Assembly: GCA_038213625.1 (NCBI GenBank)
Contig: JBBQST010000001.1
Span: 1 to 50,734 of the forward strand
DNA length: 50,734 nt
Direction of reading: 5' to 3'
From: Thermoflexales bacterium
Lineage (GTDB): Bacteria; Chloroflexota; Anaerolineae; J036; Brachytrichaceae
A program made the position numbers and the translations under genes. Positions 32,992 to 39,918 of this stretch are shown one piece after another. The notes beneath the pieces are model-generated. The model worked only from the letters and a program-made list of their open reading frames with translations, ran no database searches and was not told the DNA's origin. Every line of letters begins with the position of its first letter. Position 1 is the stretch's first letter.

Positions 32992-33451
32992 GACCGTCCT
33001 TCCTTTTCGAGCGCCTGGCCATACACCTGCTCATACACCTCGGCATACGGCTTCAACGCTTCGTAAACGTGATGGGGCACGACACGCCCTTCCATTTTGG
33101 GGAACTTCTCGCGCACGTAATTCAAATTGCGAATGAGCTTGAACTCAATCGCCCAACGCGCAAATTCCAGGCCGCGTGGGCCGGTGGTGCGCTGCATGAA
33201 GGCGATGAATTTGCGCAGCAGCCACGGCGGCATCGTCTGTGGCTTTGCGCCAGAATGGCGGCTGCGCCAGAATGGCGGCTGCGCCACATATTCGGCGACA
33301 AACACGGCTTGTTACCGCGGCTCTCGCGCACTTCATCGGCAGTGCGTGCATCACTGCAAATTTTGGGCCGGCCCTTCAGCCGCTCCTCAGTGTTCAGCAA
33401 GGTCAGTGCGGTGATACCCTTGGTCGGCGCATCCAATTCAATCTCGTTCAT
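32988..33451 (-). pseudogene. unknown-function ORF split by a 17-bp tandem duplication (frames 33122..33451 and 32988..33305)
   Basis: The two ORF-track frames differ by 2 nt. Removing one 17-nt copy joins them in frame into ~148 aa: MNEIELDAPTKG...NMWRSRHSGAKPQTMPPWLLRKFIAFMQRTTGPRGLEF...EKEGRS. Confidence 0.55.
33247..33280. repeat. perfect 17-bp tandem duplication (plus 6 nt of a third copy)
   Basis: gcgccagaatggcggct occurs at 33247-33263 and 33264-33280, followed by gcgcca at 33281-33286. Confidence 0.95.
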
Positions 33452-33457
33452 GTGACC

Positions 33458-33901
33458 TCAAACCGCATAGCCGCTCGGTTTAGCCGGCGTTAATCGTGTC
33501 AGGAAACCCACCACAAACGCGGCGCTGATCAAGTGCATCAATTCAGCCGCGACCACGGTGGCCGTGTCGAAAATCTCGGCCCCCTGCATATACGGTGCCA
33601 TCGCCGCCGATATCGGCCCCAGCGCATACACCACCAACACGATTGCACTAATTGCAATAAAAATCGAGTTGGGTTTGCGGGTGAATCGAACCAACAACGC
33701 ATACACAATGCCACCACCCAACGCGCCAATCAGGCTAAAAACAAGCACTTCGGCCAATGGCACTTTCAGGCCAGCAATAGCATTGCCGATAAACCACACC
33801 ACGCTATTCGCCACCGCACTGCCCACGCCAGCCACAGCCGTCGCTTGCGCAATCTTGCCGAACCCAACCCGTTCACTTTTCATTTCACTGGTCATTGCCA
33901 T
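33458..33901 (-). CDS. small 4-TM membrane protein, unknown function
   Basis: ORF track 33458..33955(-). I moved the start to ATG 33901 (MAMTSEMKSE...), 7 nt after GGAGG and 13 nt after the bchH stop. Confidence 0.65.
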   Translation of the reverse strand: MAMTSEMKSERVGFGKIAQATAVAGVGSAVANSVVWFIGNAIAGLKVPLAEVLVFSLIGALGGGIVYALLVRFTRKPNSIFIAISAIVLVVYALGPISAAMAPYMQGAEIFDTATVVAAELMHLISAAFVVGFLTRLTPAKPSGYAV

Positions 33902-33914
33902 CACTACACCTCCA

Positions 33915-36900
33915 TCAAACCCGCACACCTTCCAACCGATCTTCCAAATCGGCATACAACGCTTTCAGTTGATCCACCGTGTCGTCATCGGCCTTCCACA
34001 ACCCGCGCCCACTCGCCTCCAGCAGCCGGCCCACGATGTTGCGCATGGCCTGGGGATTCGCCTTGGTCAGCCGCTCGCGCATCTCGGCATCCAGCGCAAA
34101 CGTTTGCGCCGCATCCTTGTAAATCCAGTCATCCACGCTGTCGCTCACGGCATCCCAGCCCAGCATGTAGGTAAAGCGGTTGCTAATCTCGGCCGCGCCG
34201 CTGTGGCCGTGCGAGAGCATGCCCTCGTACCACTTGGGGTTCAGCAGCTTGGTGCGGTACTCCACCCGCAACACTTTGTCCACATCCTCAATGCGTGTCT
34301 CGGCTGTGTAGGTCTCGATGTAGTTCAACTTCACCGTGCCACCCGTGCGCTTCTTCGCTGCCATCTGCAACGCGCCGCTGGACGAAAAGTAATGGTCAAT
34401 GTCGGTGACGCCAAACTCCACGCTGTCGATCTCCTGCACCACCCGGCCCACCGTCCCCAACAACTTGCTCAGCATGGGACCGGCCGCTGCACCCGCACGT
34501 CCACCACCGTAGGCGTAGCCGATGCGCCGCACAAACGTGCTGTCCAGATCGTCGGCGCTCTCCCACGCGCTGTCGTCGACCATGTCATCGACATAGGTGC
34601 CATACTGGCCTGGCTGCTGGGTGAACATGCGCGCCGTGGCCGTCTCGAATGCGACGCCACCGCGCATCGCCTCATCCACATGCTTGCGAATGAAGTTCAT
34701 CTCGCACGGCTCATCGGCCCCCGCCGCGCTGCGCACCAGCTTGTCCAAAAAGTCCATCGTGATCTCGAAGGTGTCTCGAAAAATAGGGCTCAACTGCATC
34801 AACACGTCCACGCGCGGCCGCTTCAATTCACCCAGTGGAATCAGCGCATAGTGGCTGATCTTGCCCTGCCCGTCGTAGGCCGGCTTCGCGCCGATCAACC
34901 CCAACACCGTGCCCACGGCCTCGCCCTTGGTCTTGATCGTGTCCAAGCCCCACAGCACTTGCGCAATGGTTTCAGGATACGCGCCAGTCTCCTCCACATG
35001 CTTCTGCAAAATCGCCTCGGCAATGTGCGCGCCCTTGGTGTAGGCCAGTTCGGCCGGAATGCGCCACGGATCAATCGCGTGAATGTTGCGCCCCGTCGGC
35101 AACACGCTCAAGCCATCGCGAATCAAATCGCCGCCGGCATTCGGCAAAATGTAGCCGCCGCTCAGGCCGCGCAACAAGCCATTGATCTCGCCGCGGTTGT
35201 CGCTCAACATCTGCGCCATCTGCCGGCCCTGCCGCACCATCTCATCCAGCGCGTGCAAATCCTCAGATGAACCATGTCCACCAAACGCCTTCTCAACCGC
35301 CGCCGCCAGACTCAAATCCCCAAACACGGCTCCTTCCACAAACTCGCGCGCATGTTCCTCAATCGCCTCGCGCATCCGAATCGCCGCCGCATCACCCTTG
35401 CGCGCCAGTGCGGCCAACTCGGTATAAGACGACGGGAGATGGGGGACGGAAGACGAATCGCCGTCCCCCGTCTCTCGTCTCCCGTCTCTCTCCCACACCG
35501 CCCTCGTCGCAATCGACGTCAGCGAATGCCCATTTCCCCGCGCCTTCATCGCCTCGGTCACCATCGTCATCTGGCTCTGCACCGGCGTCGCCTCGCCAAA
35601 CACATGCAAGGTGCCACTGATCAGCCGTTGCTCAAGGTCACGCAAATACGCATACAGCCGGCTCACATACACATCAAAATGTTCACCCTCGACCCGCGGG
35701 CAATCCGTATCCAGATTCGCCAACTCCACCTTCTTCAATATCGCCTCAGCCCGCGCATCGTCCCCATTTCTGCCTTCTGCCTTCTGCCTTTTGACTTCTC
35801 GATAATCCGCCACCATGTCCTTCAGCGCGATCAATTCTTTATACAAACCGGCTCGCATCATCGGCGGCACGTTGTGCGAGATGATCGTGGCATACCCGCG
35901 CCGCTTGGCAATGTTGGCTTCACTTGGGTTGTTCATCGGGTAGATGTAGAGATGCGGCACCTCGCCCACCATCGCATCGCTCCAGCAACTGCGCGTCACG
36001 CCCAGTTGCAAGCCCGGCATCCACTCCACGCTGCCGTGCATGCCCAGATGCACCAGCGCATCAGCCCCGAAGCAACGGCTGATCCAGCGATAGAACGCGG
36101 CATATTGGTGGTGCGGCGCGTTGTCCTTGTCGAACAGCAGCCGCATCGGGTCGCCCTGCACACCGATGCGCGGTTGCACGCCGATGTAAATATTGCCCAT
36201 GCGCAGGCCGCCCATAAACACGCGGTCGTTGCCCAACGGCGCAACATCCCCAGGGAATGCACCCCAGCGCTCCTCGATGCGTTCGCGCTCGCGCACGCTC
36301 AACACATCCGCAAATTGGGCCCGTGTCATCACATGCTCGCTCTTGTAGGCCGAGGGATGGCCGGTATCGGTGGTGTTCTCGATCAGCTCCAACAGCGCTT
36401 CCGGCGTCTCCGGCAAGCTGCCCACGTTGTAGCCCGCTGCCTGCATCTCGCGCAAAATGTTGAGCAGGCTGCGCGGCACATCTAATAAGGCGGCCGTGCC
36501 TTTTTTGCCGTAGCCGGGTGGATAGTCATACAGCACAATCGCGACCTTCTTGTCGGCATTCGGCGTGTGTCGCAGCTCGGCCCAGCCTTTGGCCAACGTG
36601 GTCAGCCGCTTCAGCCGATCCGGCACCGTGGCGAACTTGCCGTTGTTGATCGCGCCGATGACCACGGGATTAATCGCGCCGTCCATCTCCGGCAACGAGA
36701 ACAATGTCGCGCTCTGCATCGGCCCCGCGCCGTTCTGCGCCCACGAGCGAAAGTCCTGCACAAACAGCGGCTGCGCCACGATATACGGCACATTTAACCC
36801 ACCCAGCACGTCTTCAACCACCTGTTTTTGCAGACCCGGCTTGGTGCTGCCCGCCGGCCCGCCCACAAACGCAAAGCCGATCATGCTCACCAGCACGTCA

Positions 36901-37865
36901 ATCGGCTCCTTGGAAATGAAGTCGCGCACCGCCACGTGGCCCTCGATGCCGGCCACAAACATCGGCAGCACCTCCATGCCCTCGGCCTCAAACGCCCGAA
37001 TCGCATCATCGATATAACTGCGCTCCTGAGCCAGATGCTTGCGAAAGAACATCAGGGCAACCCGGCGAGGCTGGTTACTGGCGGCTGGTTGCTGGCGGCT
37101 GGTGATTTGGACAACACCTGTCCCCGGCTTCCCTTTCTGCCTTTTGCCTTCTGCCTTCTGCCTTTCTCCATCCGCCTTCTGCCTTTGTTTCACCCATCCG
37201 TTGTAGCTCTTAATATCTCGAAAGAACGCCGGCGCATCGGGGTGATACACGCCCATCATCGGCATCTCCACCGCCGCCGGCACGTCTAGTTTCTTGCCAA
37301 AATATTCGTTCAAGATCAGCTTGAACATGCTCGTGATATTCTGCTGCAACGGCTGGTTCCAATACACATTCACCGTCATCCAGTTCTTAAAATCGCGCAT
37401 CTTGGCCGGCATAAAGCGCATGGCCGTTTGCATCACCTTCATCAGCTTGGTGTAGCCATAGAGTGCGTCCTCCTCGCGGCCCTTCACCAGCATCATCGCG
37501 ATCTTCTTCACCGGCTCGGGCATACCCGCCTTCTTGCCACTGTTCGCCACGACATAGTCGCCGACCTTGTTCAGGGCCATGATCTCGGGCATCGACTCAA
37601 ATGCAAAAATAGTCTTGGCGTGGGATTGCGCAATTTGCTCATGCAAAAACTCGGCCGCATCGTGCTGGTGCAACATCGATAAAAATACGCAATCGGCCTC
37701 GCGAATCTGCTGCCCCAACGTCGCATCCTTGCGATCCAGCTCCACATCAGTCCAGCGATTCACTTCGGCAACTTCAGACAGCTCCTGCTGCACCTGCTTC
37801 CACACGCCGTGGTTAAACTGCTCCATCCCCACAATCGCGACAATCTTTGGTTTCATATTCTTCAT
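33915..37865 (-). CDS. bchH: magnesium chelatase large (H) subunit
   Basis: ORF track, 1316 aa. CobN/Mg-chelatase H architecture throughout (...HLGMHGSVEWMPG..., ...YVDDMVDDSAWE...). Adjacent to bchD/bchI. Confidence 0.95.
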   Translation of the reverse strand: MKNMKPKIVAIVGMEQFNHGVWKQVQQELSEVAEVNRWTDVELDRKDATLGQQIREADCVFLSMLHQHDAAEFLHEQIAQSHAKTIFAFESMPEIMALNKVGDYVVANSGKKAGMPEPVKKIAMMLVKGREEDALYGYTKLMKVMQTAMRFMPAKMRDFKNWMTVNVYWNQPLQQNITSMFKLILNEYFGKKLDVPAAVEMPMMGVYHPDAPAFFRDIKSYNGWVKQRQKADGERQKAEGKRQKGKPGTGVVQITSRQQPAASNQPRRVALMFFRKHLAQERSYIDDAIRAFEAEGMEVLPMFVAGIEGHVAVRDFISKEPIDVLVSMIGFAFVGGPAGSTKPGLQKQVVEDVLGGLNVPYIVAQPLFVQDFRSWAQNGAGPMQSATLFSLPEMDGAINPVVIGAINNGKFATVPDRLKRLTTLAKGWAELRHTPNADKKVAIVLYDYPPGYGKKGTAALLDVPRSLLNILREMQAAGYNVGSLPETPEALLELIENTTDTGHPSAYKSEHVMTRAQFADVLSVRERERIEERWGAFPGDVAPLGNDRVFMGGLRMGNIYIGVQPRIGVQGDPMRLLFDKDNAPHHQYAAFYRWISRCFGADALVHLGMHGSVEWMPGLQLGVTRSCWSDAMVGEVPHLYIYPMNNPSEANIAKRRGYATIISHNVPPMMRAGLYKELIALKDMVADYREVKRQKAEGRNGDDARAEAILKKVELANLDTDCPRVEGEHFDVYVSRLYAYLRDLEQRLISGTLHVFGEATPVQSQMTMVTEAMKARGNGHSLTSIATRAVWERDGRRETGDGDSSSVPHLPSSYTELAALARKGDAAAIRMREAIEEHAREFVEGAVFGDLSLAAAVEKAFGGHGSSEDLHALDEMVRQGRQMAQMLSDNRGEINGLLRGLSGGYILPNAGGDLIRDGLSVLPTGRNIHAIDPWRIPAELAYTKGAHIAEAILQKHVEETGAYPETIAQVLWGLDTIKTKGEAVGTVLGLIGAKPAYDGQGKISHYALIPLGELKRPRVDVLMQLSPIFRDTFEITMDFLDKLVRSAAGADEPCEMNFIRKHVDEAMRGGVAFETATARMFTQQPGQYGTYVDDMVDDSAWESADDLDSTFVRRIGYAYGGGRAGAAAGPMLSKLLGTVGRVVQEIDSVEFGVTDIDHYFSSSGALQMAAKKRTGGTVKLNYIETYTAETRIEDVDKVLRVEYRTKLLNPKWYEGMLSHGHSGAAEISNRFTYMLGWDAVSDSVDDWIYKDAAQTFALDAEMRERLTKANPQAMRNIVGRLLEASGRGLWKADDDTVDQLKALYADLEDRLEGVRV
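35431..35479. repeat. in-frame hairpin insertion inside bchH (GACGRRA-type heptamers)
   Basis: A 19-bp stem (35431..35449 pairs with 35461..35479; 17 Watson-Crick pairs and 2 G:T) with an 11-nt loop. Translated on the minus strand as ...ERDGRRETGDGDSSSVPHLPSS.... Confidence 0.75.
35768..35795. repeat. in-frame heptamer array TTCTGCC x3 plus one variant inside bchH
   Basis: ttctgcc occurs at 35768-74, 75-81 and 82-88, then ttttgac. Translated as ...EVKRQKAEGRNGD.... Confidence 0.8.
37071..37183. repeat. compound in-frame repeat insertion in the N-terminal part of bchH
   Basis: ctggttactggcgg/ctggttgctggcgg/ctggtg (37071..37104) and seven consecutive NNNNGCC heptamers, mostly ttctgcc (37135..37183). 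Translated as ...KQRQKADGERQKAEGKRQKGKPGTGVVQITSRQQPAASNQPRR.... Confidence 0.8.
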
Positions 37866-37926
37866 GCCTTGTTTTTAAGGTTTCTAAAGTGGGCAGGTTG
37901 TTAAAGTTTGCGACGCAGTCTCATCA

Positions 37927-37980
37927 ACCTTAAAAACCTTAAAAACTTTACAAACTTTACAAACCTTTTAACCTCTTTAA
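37927..37980. repeat. AT-rich 9-bp tandem array in the bchD-bchH spacer
   Basis: Units are accttaaaa x2, actttacaa x2, accttttaa and cctctttaa (37927..37980). Complementary copies tttttaaggt (37872..37881) and ttgttaaagtttg (~37898..37910) lie upstream. Confidence 0.75.
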
Positions 37981-37983
37981 CCT

Positions 37984-39903
37984 TCAGCCCGCTCCGTCAA
38001 TCGCCGCCACAATCTGCCCGGCTTTGGCATTCGGCAAATACACATATCGCCCGTCCAGCCACTTCGCCAGCCTCGGCGCTTCGCCGCGCGAGAGGTAGTT
38101 CGCCTGGGTGTCAATCACCACCGCGCCCACCCCATCGGCCGCAATCAACGCGCTCAGTTGCTTCAACTCATCCTCAATCTGCTGCTTGGCCGTTGGCTGC
38201 TGGCCGCCAGCCGCTAGCCGCTCTTTGCCCCCCGCTCCTCGCTCTCCGCTGATTCCCACATTCCCCCGCCCATCCGTCATCACAATCAAGGTCGTGTTGG
38301 GAATGCCCTTGCGGCGCGATTGCTGCGCCATGTCCCAGCCCAGCATCAGCGCACTCGCCAGCGGCGTGCCACCGCCAGTCGGCAACACATCCAGTTCGCG
38401 CTTGGCCTGCTCCACGCTCTGGCTCGGGGCCAGCAGCACCTGCGCCTGCTGCCCGCGAAACGACACCAGCGCCACCCGGTCGCGATGCACATACGCGTTC
38501 TGCAACAGCCTGGCCACCGCGCCCTTGGCCTGCCGCATCCGGTTCAACGCCATGCTGCCGCTCGCATCCACCACAAACACAAACAACGTGCCGGCCTTGT
38601 CTCGAAACTTCTTGACGCGAATATCTTCTTTGGTGATGAGGACGGAAGAGAGACGGGAGACGGAGGACGGAGGACGGTTCAGAGAAGGCGTCGGTCGTTC
38701 GTCTCCCGCCGTCTTCCGTCTCCCGTCCTCCGTCTCCCGCCTCATCTTCTGCCACGGCGCCGCCGCCAGCAACGTCGGCAACAACGCCAGCTTGTGGCCG
38801 CGCATCTCGCCCTGCACCGCTCGCACAAACTTGCCACGCTTGTCGTTGAGCTGAACCCCACGGCTACCACTCTTGCCGCGCCGCGAGGTAAATGGCAGAT
38901 TCAACACATCGCCCGGCAATGCCGCTTCCACCGCGCTCAGTAATAGCTCTTCAATTTGGGGTTGCGCTTCAGGCTGAGGCGGCTCCGGCGTGTCCTCGTC
39001 TTGTTGCTGCTGCTCTGGCTTGGGCTGTTGCTCTTGTTGCGGCGGGGGTTGATCGGGCTGCTGCTCCGGCTCAGGCAGTCGCGTCGCACGCGGCATCAGC
39101 ACCAGTTTGGCCGCAGCCTGCAAATCCTCGTCGTCCACGGCATCACGCCCACTCAGTGCGGCATGGGCCAGGGCCGCTTTGGCCGCAAATACATCGGCCC
39201 GGTTGCCCTCCACACCCAGACTCAGCGCCGCCTGCGCAATGCCTTCAAGCTGCTCATCGCTGATCGTGATGGATGACAACTGCTCGCGCGCAAATCCGAT
39301 CATGCCGCGCAGCATGGCCATCTCATCGGTCTCTTGCTCAAGCGAATTAAGTGGCGCTGCAATATTTCGCCGCACGACTTCGGCCCGCGCCTGCGTGTCG
39401 CCGTTCGACACAAACGGCACAATCAGGCCAATGCGATCCAGCAAGCCGCCGCGCACGTTGCCATCGTTGCTGTCGTAGGTGCCCATCAACATGAAGTGGG
39501 CCGCGTGCACGGCACTCAAGCCTTCGCGCTCGATCCGCACTTCGCCCCGGCTCATCGCATCCATCACCTGGGTCACCACTGCGTCATCCAACAAATTCAA
39601 GCCATCGACATTGAGCACGCCGCCATCGGCCTTGGCCAGCAAACCCTGCTCCACCACCCGCTGGCCCGTCGCCAGGGCCGCTTCAAGATTCAAGCCGCCG
39701 ATCAAGCGATCCTCAGTGATATTCAGCGGCAACTCCACAAACGGCGTGCCGTCAGGCAACAGGGCCGCAAAGGCCCGGGCCAGTGTGCTCTTGCCCGAGC
39801 CCACCGCCGCCGCCATGGCCACACCGCCCAGGCTCGGATCCACCGCAAGCAGCAATAGTGCTTGTTTTGCAGAGTCGAGGCCAACGATGTCAGACCAGTT
39901 CAT
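37984..39903 (-). CDS. bchD: magnesium chelatase D subunit
   Basis: ORF track. N-terminal AAA+-like half, acidic/Pro-Gln-rich linker (...EPEQQPDQPPPQQEQQPKPEQQQQDED...), C-terminal vWA domain with MIDAS motif VVDASGSM. Confidence 0.95.
   Translation of the reverse strand: MNWSDIVGLDSAKQALLLLAVDPSLGGVAMAAAVGSGKSTLARAFAALLPDGTPFVELPLNITEDRLIGGLNLEAALATGQRVVEQGLLAKADGGVLNVDGLNLLDDAVVTQVMDAMSRGEVRIEREGLSAVHAAHFMLMGTYDSNDGNVRGGLLDRIGLIVPFVSNGDTQARAEVVRRNIAAPLNSLEQETDEMAMLRGMIGFAREQLSSITISDEQLEGIAQAALSLGVEGNRADVFAAKAALAHAALSGRDAVDDEDLQAAAKLVLMPRATRLPEPEQQPDQPPPQQEQQPKPEQQQQDEDTPEPPQPEAQPQIEELLLSAVEAALPGDVLNLPFTSRRGKSGSRGVQLNDKRGKFVRAVQGEMRGHKLALLPTLLAAAPWQKMRRETEDGRRKTAGDERPTPSLNRPPSSVSRLSSVLITKEDIRVKKFRDKAGTLFVFVVDASGSMALNRMRQAKGAVARLLQNAYVHRDRVALVSFRGQQAQVLLAPSQSVEQAKRELDVLPTGGGTPLASALMLGWDMAQQSRRKGIPNTTLIVMTDGRGNVGISGERGAGGKERLAAGGQQPTAKQQIEDELKQLSALIAADGVGAVVIDTQANYLSRGEAPRLAKWLDGRYVYLPNAKAGQIVAAIDGAG
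38635..38746. repeat. in-frame imperfect inverted repeat of GGNNGAC heptamers inside bchD
   Basis: Left arm gatgaggacggaagagagacgggagacggaggacggaggacgg. Right arm ...gtcttccgtctcccgtcctccgtctcccgcctcatc. The outer 7 bp gatgagg/cctcatc are exact. Translated as ...RRETEDGRRKTAGDERPTPSLNRPPSSVSRLSSVL.... Confidence 0.7.
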
Positions 39904-39918
39904 ATGAATACCCAGGCA

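Noticed and set aside
33558-37289. Plus-strand ORFs 33558..35270 (570 aa), 35274..36485 (403 aa) and 36828..37289
   Set aside because: They are mirror ORFs on the antisense strand of the 1316-aa bchH gene. Their composition (His/Arg/Ala/Leu-rich) and lack of any motif indicate shadows.
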